Shown here piece by piece: positions 31,227 through 41,337 of a DNA stretch of 64,000 nt. Position 1 is the first letter of the stretch. Every line of letters begins with the position of its first letter. The DNA lies in contig CAYOWP010000003.1 of the NCBI GenBank assembly GCA_964407715.1, positions 15,732 through 79,731 of the forward strand, read 5' to 3'. The notes beneath the pieces are model-generated. The model was not told the DNA's origin. It saw only the letters and a list, made by a program, of their open reading frames with translations, and did not search any database. The stretch is from an uncultured archaeon (GTDB lineage: Archaea > EX4484-52 > JAADEF01). A program made the position numbers and the translations under genes.

Positions 31227-31247
31227 AATTGAGTTCCTCTTACATTA

Positions 31248-31421
31248 TCATTGCTTCTTTGCTTTAGTACCTCTTTTTATTGGCCTGAGTTTTTTATAAC
31301 CACACTTTCTGCATCTTGTTTTATGAGGTTTTGTGGTTCTTATTCTGGCATTGCATCTCATACATATATAAACATTCTTATACATTCTATCCAAAACCTC
31401 TTGAGGAATCATACCTGCCAT
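31248..31421 (-). CDS. rpl40e: 50S ribosomal protein L40e. The likely start is MAGMIP...; the ORF as listed extends to 31451
   Basis: ICMRCNAR...CRKCGYKKLRP zinc-ribbon signature of L40e. Confidence 0.7.
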   Translation of the reverse strand: MAGMIPQEVLDRMYKNVYICMRCNARIRTTKPHKTRCRKCGYKKLRPIKRGTKAKKQ

Positions 31422-31492
31422 TTTGATCACCAAGAATATTTTTAAATACATACCGTTAATTTTAAAAAATTTAAGAGATTTAAATTAGTGTA

Positions 31493-31765
31493 GTGATGAT
31501 TATGAAAGAGGAAAGGATAAGAGGAAAGGAGCTATTGGGCAAGATGGTCGTTAGTGATGAAACTGGTAGAAGCTTTGGAAAGGTCGGGGATTTCTCTTTT
31601 ATTGCAGAGACAGGTGAGCTTCTCAATTTAGTCCTTGTAGAGCCTACAAAGATAGTGTCTGAGCTAAACCTGAATGTAGATGAGAAAGGAAGAATCTTAA
31701 TCTCCTTCTCTGCTGTGAAGTCCATAGGCGATTTTATTATAGTAAGTGAAAAGGACATCTATTAG
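31493..31765 (+). CDS. PRC-barrel domain protein
   Basis: LLGKMVVSDETGRSFGKVGDFSFIAETGEL is typical of the archaeal PRC barrel. Confidence 0.55.
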   Translation: MMIMKEERIRGKELLGKMVVSDETGRSFGKVGDFSFIAETGELLNLVLVEPTKIVSELNLNVDEKGRILISFSAVKSIGDFIIVSEKDIY

Positions 31766-32503
31766 TTATTTTTTTATTTCCCATATCTTTGCTATCTCCT
31801 CCTCATAAAACTCCATATTTGCGGGAATAACAATACACTGCGCATAATCATCCCAATACTTAACCTCTTTTTTTAAAGAACTCAATTTTCCATACAGAAT
31901 CTTTTCTTTTTCCCCTCCTAATCCATAGCAAACGAATATCTTTTTATTAGTTAATTCAGGAAGATAGCGTGATATAAGATCCAATGCATCATAGCACCTA
32001 AGATGTATATCCAATAAAACCAAAGAGTGTAAATTGCTCTTATAATTGTTTCTTATGTTCTCAAATGGTGTTTGAGGATATGTAGGAAAGCTTTCTGGAT
32101 GAGGTAAAGAAACAACTCTACCAAATCTATATAATGAGAGACCTGTTTTTGCAATAGATGTAAAGATAGATGAGCCATGAATTACCTTGCATTGCACGTT
32201 TTTTTCATAACACAATCTAAGAAAATACACATGTGTAGTTGCGCTGAGAATGTCTCCTTGTGCGCATAAACATATATCTTTTATAGAAGCTTCATCAACA
32301 ATCTTCTCAGCCATGTTCTCCACTTCCTCACGTGAAAGCAAGATTACTTTTCTCCCTAAGCATCTCTCCAAGGATTCCTTAGAATGCAAAGTATTTGAGG
32401 TATATCTCTCAAAATATACTTTATCCGCTCTTGTAAGAATATCATATGCTCTCAAGCTCATATCTTTAACATCCCATATGCCTAAGGATACCAAATAAAG
32501 CAT
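31766..32503 (-). CDS. dph5: Diphthine synthase (tetrapyrrole-methylase fold)
   Basis: MLYLVSLGIWDVKDMSLRAYDILTRADKVYFERYTS N-terminus. Confidence 0.85.
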   Translation of the reverse strand: MLYLVSLGIWDVKDMSLRAYDILTRADKVYFERYTSNTLHSKESLERCLGRKVILLSREEVENMAEKIVDEASIKDICLCAQGDILSATTHVYFLRLCYEKNVQCKVIHGSSIFTSIAKTGLSLYRFGRVVSLPHPESFPTYPQTPFENIRNNYKSNLHSLVLLDIHLRCYDALDLISRYLPELTNKKIFVCYGLGGEKEKILYGKLSSLKKEVKYWDDYAQCIVIPANMEFYEEEIAKIWEIKK

Positions 32504-32605
32504 AATCTTAGATATCCCAATAAAAAATTTAAAAAGAATAAAAAGTGTGAAAGTGGAGGCTCATCGTGTACTCATCGGAAATGCCTTTCCTCACTTACCT
32601 CCATC

Positions 32606-33685
32606 TTAAAATGTATCTGCAATAACAGTCAAATAACCTGTATATCCTGCTGCAACAACTCCATAAGGCACACGTGTTTCTATTTGCATAACAATTCCTT
32701 GCCCTGGCAACAATCCTTGCGATGGATTGCTCGTGCTGAACACATATCCATTATTGCTTAACAAACCATCTGCTCCTGATGGTATTGCATCTCTATTCCA
32801 CTTCACCAATCTTACATGACTACAATCGCCTGATATTAACATCAAATATTCCTCTCCTGATACAGGATATTCAACAGCTCTTGTTGGATACACATATCCT
32901 GTTGTTGCATCATAGCTAGTATATTTTATAACGATTTCATCTCCATCCCTCAAATTGATATCTCCAGTATCAGTTACATTGTGTGGTTCATTTGGATTAC
33001 CTAATACCAACCAAATAGGTGTTGTGGTTGAGGCTGCCGAACATGGTGAAGTAGGATCAGTAGCATTTATTGCCCAGAAATACTCCTTGTTAGCAAACCT
33101 CAACCTACCATAACTTACAGTGTTAAGTGGTGTGTTTAAATACACCAATTCCTTGGATTCATTAAACTCAATCCTATCCACATAGCTCATACTATTATTG
33201 TATGTAGGTGCATTTCCTTTACTCTTTATCCATGTTACATTTACAGCAATCCAGTTTCCTGGATCATAATATGATGCAAAACCACTACCAAATGGATTCT
33301 GTGCTGGCTGTGTCACATTTAGCCATACATGGGTTATATTTGTTGAACCCATGTTCTCAATTTCAAAGGAACTTAACTGGACTGCATCATTTGTTCCATC
33401 TGTCACATTGTATACCTTTCCTATGCTTCCTGGATCCAGCAATCCGAAATCCATATTCTCTGGTGTAATATCAATAATTGTCTTTTGATTTATGCTCACC
33501 TCAATCAAAGATTCGTCTGCAGAATATGTTGCATTTGAAAAGCTTCCATATACAAGAGCGCCTTGCTTATAAGCAATACCAATTATAAACAAAAAGCCTA
33601 TAAGCAAAGCGCTCACTACTCCTATACCCAATTTCGCCTTTTTATATCTCGAAGCCTTCTTTAAGTTCAACCACATTTCCTCCAT
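32606..33685 (-). CDS. N-terminally anchored, N-glycosylation-rich surface protein (paralog 1)
   Basis: TM anchor LGIGVVSALLIGFLFIIGIAY; many N-x-S/T sites; paralogous to the adjacent gene. Confidence 0.6.
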   Translation of the reverse strand: MEEMWLNLKKASRYKKAKLGIGVVSALLIGFLFIIGIAYKQGALVYGSFSNATYSADESLIEVSINQKTIIDITPENMDFGLLDPGSIGKVYNVTDGTNDAVQLSSFEIENMGSTNITHVWLNVTQPAQNPFGSGFASYYDPGNWIAVNVTWIKSKGNAPTYNNSMSYVDRIEFNESKELVYLNTPLNTVSYGRLRFANKEYFWAINATDPTSPCSAASTTTPIWLVLGNPNEPHNVTDTGDINLRDGDEIVIKYTSYDATTGYVYPTRAVEYPVSGEEYLMLISGDCSHVRLVKWNRDAIPSGADGLLSNNGYVFSTSNPSQGLLPGQGIVMQIETRVPYGVVAAGYTGYLTVIADTF

Positions 33686-33724
33686 ATTTCCTCACCTCCA
33701 CTTTCAATTCATAATTGATCATGA

Positions 33725-34717
33725 TTATTCAGTTCTTACGAAAACAGTTAGTTTTCCCTGCTTTACTGGACCATAGGGTACGCCATAAGGCACGTATACT
33801 TGTATATATGCCTTAGCCACCCCTCCAGGATAAACATATGTCCCATTCAAAAAATAGCCATGGTTAATTTGACTGCATATTGAGGTATCAGCACCAGGGA
33901 GATCAGCATTGTATCTATTGAAAATCACCTTTGAGCAATCCTCAGGTATTACAATACAGTATTTATCAGTTCCATTTACATCAACTAATGCAACCCCATA
34001 GTAATCAAGAAGATACTTTACTGGCGTAACTAATATAGCAGAGTTATCTGTTAAGTCAGAATCTCCTGTGTCTTCTTGAGTTTTTGGGGTATCTGAAATA
34101 TAAAAATTGCCATAACTACAATTTTGACCACCTGCTAATGTATTAAATTCCCAAAAGTATTCATAAGAATTATTCCTAAATCTTCCAAAGATTATTCCAT
34201 AAAGATATGAGCTGTCATTTATTGCCTTATGTGTCTTAACATACATGGAATCTGATTCAGGATACTCAACTCTATTCACAAAGTAAAATTTGGAAGAATC
34301 ATTAGAAAGTACAACAAAATTTCCTGCATCATATTTATCTGGATCCCCTGTTCCAAATGGAAAAGAAGAAGGATATGTAGCATTAAACCATATAGAAGTT
34401 ATGTTCACTGATCCAATATTTTCAATCCATATTGCCTCATAATTGTTTTCCTCTAAGGAGCTGTCACCAACACCTCCGGGAGGAACATTACTCCATGCAA
34501 GTTGTGATGGATTGATATCAACCAAACTTACCTGAGAAACATTAACAATTATTGTGATGGTATCGTTTGCGGTATTTTGTGCATAAGAAAGAAAAGATCC
34601 TGCTTTAAAAATCATAAATAGATAAATTGAACCAATCAAAGTTCCCAATACATAACTCCACAAAAATACCTTCTTTTTTCTTTTTAGATAATTATAACTA
34701 GGTCTTCTAACACTCAT
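33725..34717 (-). CDS. N-terminally anchored, N-glycosylation-rich surface protein (paralog 2)
   Basis: Shared blocks with 32606..33685 (I.NIGS.NIT..W.N.T.P...PFG.G....YD.GN). Confidence 0.6.
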   Translation of the reverse strand: MSVRRPSYNYLKRKKKVFLWSYVLGTLIGSIYLFMIFKAGSFLSYAQNTANDTITIIVNVSQVSLVDINPSQLAWSNVPPGGVGDSSLEENNYEAIWIENIGSVNITSIWFNATYPSSFPFGTGDPDKYDAGNFVVLSNDSSKFYFVNRVEYPESDSMYVKTHKAINDSSYLYGIIFGRFRNNSYEYFWEFNTLAGGQNCSYGNFYISDTPKTQEDTGDSDLTDNSAILVTPVKYLLDYYGVALVDVNGTDKYCIVIPEDCSKVIFNRYNADLPGADTSICSQINHGYFLNGTYVYPGGVAKAYIQVYVPYGVPYGPVKQGKLTVFVRTE

Positions 34718-34957
34718 GTTTTATCTCCCTTCTTGTCTTATCTCCCTTCTAAAAATGAAAAATAAAAATAAAAGCAAATTACTTCAATGCCTGAACGGGG
34801 TGGTGGATACCAATATCAATAAAATAACCATTATACGGTATTATTAGATATGTCCTCAGAGAATATATATGCTTTTCTATACTTAAGTTGTGAAAATATA
34901 ACTACATAAAAAGATATTGATATAAAAAGATATCGAGATATCTTTCTTCTTAGTATA

Positions 34958-35836
34958 TCATGGATACCTTTCTAATATCTCGAAATCTTCCATTTTTCCA
35001 TCGCTATCTCTGTCAACTCCTTCAATAATTATGTATGCTTCATCACGGCTCATAATTTCATCATAAATGGATTTAAATGCATTTATTGAGATTTCTGTAG
35101 AAATTATGTTAATACCGCTCAAAAGAACATAAGGCACTTTATTAGCGATAATCTTGCATATAAGAGCCATGCTCTCTTCATTATATTGATTTTTTGTGAT
35201 CGAAGATCTTATACCTCTATAATGCACTTCCTCATCATAATATACTTTCATCTTTTTGTTTAATTTATAAGTGAGCATATTGGTTAATGGACCTCCTATC
35301 ACAAAAACATATGTTCCATCTTTAATATCTTCCTCACTGAATAAAGTATCAAAAGTAACATCTATGTTCCATCCTTTGCTTCCAAGAAAACTTCCCAATA
35401 CACCTGCTAAATATCCGTCTCTTGCACGAAGATTGAACTTGCCATGTGCATCTGGGGATCCAACCACTATAATTCCACGAAGCAATGATCCTTCTGAAAT
35501 AGGTGCCTTGCTTTTAAATTCATCATTGAGAAATAAAACGAGTGCATCTGCATCAAAGGAATATCTTTTCTCCTCAAAATTTCTTATACGAGTCTGATTT
35601 TTAAGATGCACCAATCTTGCTTTTTCTAGCTTTCTAAGGTGGTAATATATTGAGAAAACGTCCTCCTTCATTATAGATGCTATTTCTTCTCCTGATAATA
35701 ACTCATGCTTAGATAGCAGTTCTAAGATTCTTATTCTTTTAAGATTTGAAACCTCCTTTATCTGTGCCTCATCAATTATCTTCCCTCTAAATACATACCT
35801 TTTCCCCTTCTCCTCATAATAAAAAAGATTTGCCAT
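34958..35836 (-). CDS. Winged-helix (ArsR-like) transcriptional regulator with a C-terminal domain of unknown function
   Basis: RIRILELLSKHELLSGEEIASIMKEDVFSIYYHLRKLEKARLV. Confidence 0.55.
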   Translation of the reverse strand: MANLFYYEEKGKRYVFRGKIIDEAQIKEVSNLKRIRILELLSKHELLSGEEIASIMKEDVFSIYYHLRKLEKARLVHLKNQTRIRNFEEKRYSFDADALVLFLNDEFKSKAPISEGSLLRGIIVVGSPDAHGKFNLRARDGYLAGVLGSFLGSKGWNIDVTFDTLFSEEDIKDGTYVFVIGGPLTNMLTYKLNKKMKVYYDEEVHYRGIRSSITKNQYNEESMALICKIIANKVPYVLLSGINIISTEISINAFKSIYDEIMSRDEAYIIIEGVDRDSDGKMEDFEILERYP

Positions 35837-35912
35837 ATCATTTAAATTTATTTTTAAACATTTTAAATATTTTTATGTTTAGAAGTTTAGAATCAAATCA
35901 CCTTTAAAAAAA

Positions 35913-36565
35913 GGTTAGTTGCTTCAATGCGGTTTTGATAGCAATATTTCCCGTTAACCATGTTCTTATTTTGGAAAATATGGTTAAAGGGAAGCATACC
36001 ATCTCAATAGCGCGTTAGAGCAGCTAACCTTTCTAATGGATTAGTGAGCAGCTAACCTTTAATTAGGTTAGTATGCTGCAATGTGGTTGTGAAAGCGATA
36101 TCTTCCCGTTAACCATATCATTTATTTTAAAAAATGGTTAAAGGGAAACATACCTCTCTCATTCAGCACATTAGAGCAGCTAACCTTTTTATGCGGTTAC
36201 CATGCTTCAAGACCTTAGTGATAGACGATTTCTTCCCGTTAACCATGTTCTTATTTTGGAAAATATGGTTAAAGGGAAGCTTACCCCATCAACAGCACAT
36301 TAGAGCATCTAACCTATTGCAAAGGGTTACCATGCTACAAAACCTTTGTGAAAGAGATTTCCTCCCGTTAACCATATTTCAAAATAAAAATTTGGTTAAC
36401 GAAACACCTACCCATATACCCAAAGCGCATTACAGCATCTAACCTGTTTAAGCGGTTAGCATGCTCTAAGAGCTGTGGTAATAAGGGAATTCTTCCTGTT
36501 AACCATTTTAAAAATGGTTAGCGAGATATATACTAATTCATTTTGCGTATCAAATCATCTAACCT
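35913..36565. repeat. Family B palindromic-module array (about 5 units); two units carry near-identical loops
   Basis: ttcccgttaaccatgttcttattttggaaaatatggttaaagggaagc occurs at 35948-36000 and again at 36233-36285. Confidence 0.8.
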
Positions 36566-36656
36566 TTCTAAGCAGACAATAAGAATAAAATTTATATATA
36601 GTTGGTTTTGTTAATATATTATTATAATTGGGTTCCGAATAGGAGGTGAAGGAAGG

Positions 36657-37238
36657 ATGGGACATAAAATATTATGGCATCCTGCGAAGTTTATAGATGA
36701 GAGAACAAAGAAAGATTTTGCAAGAGATGGCTATTGGTTCAGTTTATGGAGCAGCATAATTGTAGGGCTAACAGTAATCTTGTTATCTCTAATATTTACA
36801 AAAAGCGGATATTATGTAGAAGAGCTAACAATAAAAAAAGGGATAGTCATTTTTCTTGTATCATTCTCAGTGTATTATCTTTTAAACATATTGAGCGCAT
36901 TTCTCACCCGTGAAATTGTTGGAATGCTAAAAAAGGATATTCTCTTTTATAAAGCATTAGCTGCAGTATCATATCCTTATTTCCTTTTAAGTGTTGGCTT
37001 TGCATTAATGACAATCTTCGCGATTTTCCCTGGAATCAATATACTAACCCCTATAATAGGGATAATATTCATTGCAAGAAGTTATGGAATCTATATTAGA
37101 TTTTTACATGAATATGCTAAGTTGGACAATATAGAGGCATATGTTGCAAGTGTTATCCTGATAAGTGCATTAACATTTGGATTCATCATTGGAGTAAACA
37201 TCTTATCTGCTGTTCCAGGAAATGTATTTGGCATGTAA
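36657..37238 (+). CDS. Yip1-like polytopic membrane protein
   Basis: 193 aa with about 5 TM segments and a short hydrophilic N-terminus. Confidence 0.45.
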   Translation: MGHKILWHPAKFIDERTKKDFARDGYWFSLWSSIIVGLTVILLSLIFTKSGYYVEELTIKKGIVIFLVSFSVYYLLNILSAFLTREIVGMLKKDILFYKALAAVSYPYFLLSVGFALMTIFAIFPGINILTPIIGIIFIARSYGIYIRFLHEYAKLDNIEAYVASVILISALTFGFIIGVNILSAVPGNVFGM

Positions 37239-37302
37239 GATGATTTAAAATAAGAGAAATCACTATAAAAACGCGAAGAGATATCAAACTTTGAAGTATT
37301 GT

Positions 37303-39876
37303 TTATCTATATTCCTCTCCCCTCCATTTATCAAGTCTTCCCTTTTCACGAGCAGCGCTACCCAAAAATGTATGTGTCTCCTCTGGATGAAGAAGCATAC
37401 CCTCAAGTGGATCATATGCATGCTCTATAATTACTCTTTTTTGCTCAGCAAGTAATGCCTCATTTATACCATAGAACTCTGGTGGTAATTTATCTGGAGG
37501 AATATCATTCTCCAAAGCAATCACCATATTCCTAAACACTAATGCACTTTGATAAATCCCATAACTCCCCATTTCCCATATAAAATATGCATCCTTCATA
37601 CCCTTCTGCCTCAAAAGATACATCCATTCGTATAATGTATACATCTCCTCATTTAACATAAACAACGGCCCATGTTGCCCACCATAGGGTCTTGGAGCAT
37701 TAACATGTAGCATCCTTATATACTTAGCCTCTCCATCATCTAATGTTTTCATATCTTCAACAGGGTCTATTAAATTAAGGGAAAGATGCTCAAAATCCAT
37801 AGTATAAGCAAATAAATCCTTATATGGTCCTTGAGACCTTGGAATGATATCCTTATCAGGATTCTCAAGCAATTTTGATGCATATTCAACTACGCTCTTA
37901 ATTAGTATTATATGATCCTTTGCTTTCATAATTCTCAATCTACCTACTAAGCTCTCTCTAGAAGGCTGGTCAGTTTCTATAAACATCATAATTGGCTTTC
38001 CATCTGTTTTGCTTCCACCACGTTCTATATAATCCCATACACTATCATTATTAAATCTAACACCTTCAATATTAAGGGCCCCTATTTTATATAACCACTC
38101 TGGTAATGTATCCATCGCCCACTCATCCTTAATAAATAAATGCCCTTGGATGTATTTTGCTGCTACTGCAGTAACAATATCCTCAGCAATCTGCAATGGT
38201 GTTCTTTGCTCCTTTGTGTAGATATAATCCTGAAATTCTCTTGTATATTTGTTAAGCCTATCCTTAAATGGCTTCTCTCCCATCCCATCAACATATTCAT
38301 AGAAATCCTTCATTCTTTTGAACCCAAAATTTGTAGCTAAGATAACATCATCTGGGTCATATGCATCATCTATCTTAGTTTCGTATCTTTTTCCAACGAT
38401 TTCTTGCCATAAGTAATCCTTATACTTATACATAAATTTAGCTGTTAAGATATATGCAACCTCCTCGCTTGCTTCACATCCTTTAATTACTGTCCAATAT
38501 TCAAATGCGTCATCATAATCCATTCCTGATCGCGTAACAATATATAATGCTCTAAGTGCTTTTCTCTCCATGTGTGTTATATCAAACTGGTAATATTCTT
38601 TATGTGTACCAGAAGATGCAATCTCCATTTCTTTTGAGTTAACTAGATTTGTTAGATGAATTTGTATAGTATGGATATTCAATCTATCTATATCCTCTGT
38701 TACAGGGTCAAATTCTGGAAGTATCCTTGGTAATAAGTTCCTTAATATTCCAAACTCCTCTGGTGCAAGAGATAACATGTGAAGTTTATCAGTGGTATCA
38801 ACTTTCTTTGCTTTCTTTTCTATATCTTCTAATATCTCAATACTTCTTTCTAATATGCTCTTACTATCTTCCAATCTCTTCTTATCTTCCTCTGATATTC
38901 CTTTTCTCTGTAGCATCTTAATAACATTCAAAAGATCCTTCTTTAATGCCTCTTTATGGTCTTCTATATTCTTAATCATTCTCTTTATATAATATCTCAA
39001 GATTTTCTTTCTAACATTCTCACGAAGCTCCTGTGCTCTCTTTATTCCCTCATCAAAGCTATCAAAATAATAGAAGTAAAGTCCTATTTCTGGTTCAATA
39101 GCCTGACCTCTCATCTCAAAAAATATACTTAGGAATCTTGCCTTAAAATAATCCTTAAACCTAAAATTCTTTAGAGGTTTGTATATTTTTCTATAGCATG
39201 GATCAACAAAATAATTATATGTTTTACCTTCAAATATTGTTTTTTCCTCTCCATCCAATTGCTTTATCCATATCCCCAAAGGAATACCTGTGTATGAAAA
39301 AAGCTGTCCTCTCATATAATATCTCTCCTCTCCTGAAATACCAAACACTATATTAGGTCTTGGAGAGGAAGATGAGTGAAATAAAAAATATTTTGCTCCT
39401 AATATATCACCAGCCGCATATGCTGATCTCTGTATGCTTCTGTGATGTAATGTCCATTGATTTGCATATGCTATACATAAATCCACGCCTGCCTCTCCAA
39501 CAACAGGAGCATGTAATCCAACTTCCAATCCCTGATATCTCTTTGCCTCTTCTATCATCTTCCAGAGATATCTCTCGTTAATTTCTGATATTGCCTCAAA
39601 GTCTAATTGAATAAATTCAAATCCATAAAGTGCACCTTTCATATATTTTCTCATTAATCCCAAATCCTTAAATCCTTCAGGGGATCTTTTTATTTGAGCA
39701 AATCCAGGAGTTACCCCAATTATATATCCCACAGGTCTATTGAGATCATCCCATCTCTTTTCTTTTTTATAATATAACCAATTAAAATCTATCTTTGCAT
39801 TTTGATCTTTACTTCCTTTCTCCTGCTCTTTCTTGTTTTTATTTTTTTTATTGAACAAAAAGGAAAAGATACCCAT
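37303..39876 (-). CDS. Large hypothetical protein (857 aa). The N-terminal ~280 aa may form a TIM-barrel-like domain (LEVGLHAP motif); the C-terminal ~570 aa are unassigned
   Basis: Long uninterrupted ORF with no clear family signature. Confidence 0.55.
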   Translation of the reverse strand: MGIFSFLFNKKNKNKKEQEKGSKDQNAKIDFNWLYYKKEKRWDDLNRPVGYIIGVTPGFAQIKRSPEGFKDLGLMRKYMKGALYGFEFIQLDFEAISEINERYLWKMIEEAKRYQGLEVGLHAPVVGEAGVDLCIAYANQWTLHHRSIQRSAYAAGDILGAKYFLFHSSSSPRPNIVFGISGEERYYMRGQLFSYTGIPLGIWIKQLDGEEKTIFEGKTYNYFVDPCYRKIYKPLKNFRFKDYFKARFLSIFFEMRGQAIEPEIGLYFYYFDSFDEGIKRAQELRENVRKKILRYYIKRMIKNIEDHKEALKKDLLNVIKMLQRKGISEEDKKRLEDSKSILERSIEILEDIEKKAKKVDTTDKLHMLSLAPEEFGILRNLLPRILPEFDPVTEDIDRLNIHTIQIHLTNLVNSKEMEIASSGTHKEYYQFDITHMERKALRALYIVTRSGMDYDDAFEYWTVIKGCEASEEVAYILTAKFMYKYKDYLWQEIVGKRYETKIDDAYDPDDVILATNFGFKRMKDFYEYVDGMGEKPFKDRLNKYTREFQDYIYTKEQRTPLQIAEDIVTAVAAKYIQGHLFIKDEWAMDTLPEWLYKIGALNIEGVRFNNDSVWDYIERGGSKTDGKPIMMFIETDQPSRESLVGRLRIMKAKDHIILIKSVVEYASKLLENPDKDIIPRSQGPYKDLFAYTMDFEHLSLNLIDPVEDMKTLDDGEAKYIRMLHVNAPRPYGGQHGPLFMLNEEMYTLYEWMYLLRQKGMKDAYFIWEMGSYGIYQSALVFRNMVIALENDIPPDKLPPEFYGINEALLAEQKRVIIEHAYDPLEGMLLHPEETHTFLGSAAREKGRLDKWRGEEYR

Positions 39877-39979
39877 ATAATTATAGATATATCCTTGGGA
39901 TAAATATATTTTTGGTTAACTGAGAGAGTAGTCTCTTATATTAGCAGATATCTTCTCAAAATAAGCAACATTTGATCTT

Positions 39980-40537
39980 CTAAACAGGTATCTTTACACA
40001 TCCCTGTTCTTGACAAAGAGTAAGTAAATAATTAACAGCATATTTATTTCCTAATATCACCCCATTAGGTAGTTTACAAAATGAATATTCGTTATTAAGG
40101 TATATTTTCTCACCTTTCATATTGTCACACATCTTTTTTTCATATTCCTTTCCCATGAAATATCCATTTTTCTCTTGTGAGTCTGTAGGATATCCCTTTA
40201 TTAAAATTAAAGTCCCATTTCTTAATATGCCAAATAATAATGGTACTCCTCCATCCCATTTGTAACCATAATGATCCTCTAAATACTTAGCATATTCACT
40301 TCCATCTTCTATTTTTACAACAGAAATACTTGGATATTTATCATGCATATCTTCCAGATAAGACATCATATAATGACAGTGAGGACAAAAAGAAGAATAA
40401 ATGAGATAGATGACACTACCATTGACATTTTCTTCATTTTCTTTTGGTAAGTTTTCCTCATTAACACAACCAGATAGAAATATAAAATTAACCAATAAAA
40501 ACACAATGGATAAGTTAAGAATATCTCTTTTCTTCAT
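39980..40537 (-). CDS. Thioredoxin-fold thiol-disulfide oxidoreductase; lipoprotein-like, extracytoplasmic
   Basis: Signal peptide with an LSGC lipobox; CPHC active-site motif. Confidence 0.65.
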   Translation of the reverse strand: MKKRDILNLSIVFLLVNFIFLSGCVNEENLPKENEENVNGSVIYLIYSSFCPHCHYMMSYLEDMHDKYPSISVVKIEDGSEYAKYLEDHYGYKWDGGVPLLFGILRNGTLILIKGYPTDSQEKNGYFMGKEYEKKMCDNMKGEKIYLNNEYSFCKLPNGVILGNKYAVNYLLTLCQEQGCVKIPV

Positions 40538-40549
40538 ACTTCTCTCACC

Positions 40550-41203
40550 TTATATCATGAAAAATACAGCAATCAATAGCAGACCAGCTATTAAATGCAA
40601 ATATCTTATATTTTTTTCTCTCCACATAAGAATCTTTCGTGGCATTGTACCAAATCCTATAATCAAAGTAATAAGTATCATAGGTAATACAAAAATCAAG
40701 TTATAATATGCTAAATATATAAATTTGGACAATGAGAATCTCATCAATATCAATGCACTAAGATAAGGTCCTGAAGAACAAGGCAACAATAGAAGAGAGC
40801 ACAACATAGCTACAGGAATAGCCATAAAAGGACTTGTAGTAGCTTTTATAACTTTCTGCGCTATTGGTCGAAAACGCATAGGCATCTCCATAGCTATAAA
40901 GCCAGGTTTATATCTGAAGTATGCCTGTATTTCCATAAAAATCATTACAAGCAATAGAATTCTCAATATCCACTTAAGTATGCTTTCCATTCCTATCACA
41001 TATATTATGCTTAAAATCCCAAGACCATAAAGAAAGTACATAACATATATTGTCAATGTGAAAAATATACCTCCTATTATTGCACTTCTCCTTCCTTTAG
41101 TTATTAAAAGAGCTGATAGTAAGAGAGCTTGCACTGCTATCGTACAAGGATTAACTGCATCAACCAACGCAAGAAGAGTAATATTCAAAAATTCATCAAA
41201 CAT
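40550..41203 (-). CDS. ccdA: CcdA/DsbD-family transmembrane disulfide electron transporter
   Basis: Two conserved Cys in TM helices (VDAVNPCTIAV and LLLPCSSGPYLS). Confidence 0.7.
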   Translation of the reverse strand: MFDEFLNITLLALVDAVNPCTIAVQALLLSALLITKGRRSAIIGGIFFTLTIYVMYFLYGLGILSIIYVIGMESILKWILRILLLVMIFMEIQAYFRYKPGFIAMEMPMRFRPIAQKVIKATTSPFMAIPVAMLCSLLLLPCSSGPYLSALILMRFSLSKFIYLAYYNLIFVLPMILITLIIGFGTMPRKILMWREKNIRYLHLIAGLLLIAVFFMI

Positions 41204-41337
41204 ATATAAAATTCCCTCTTATGCTATTTTAAAAAATTTTTTAATAACCTCATCTAAAAACTCTCTTTTTCTCTAAAAAATAAAGTAGCAATATATTCGT
41301 AGAAGCAACATCATCTTAACTAAAATTTTTATTAAAA

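Noticed and set aside
32606-34717. Class III (pilin-type) signal peptides on the tandem surface paralogs
   Set aside because: The N-termini (KKAKLGIG..., RKKKVFLWS...) do not fit the [KRDE][GA][ALIFQMVED][ILMVTAS] processing motif. They are more likely uncleaved type II signal-anchor proteins.
37303-39876. Assignment of the 857-aa protein to the xylose-isomerase or GH57 families
   Set aside because: Only a single short motif (LHAP) is suggestive. Other catalytic signatures (HQP/GQLEIV for GH57; metal ligands of the AP_endonuc_2 family) could not be located by eye. The protein is therefore left as hypothetical.
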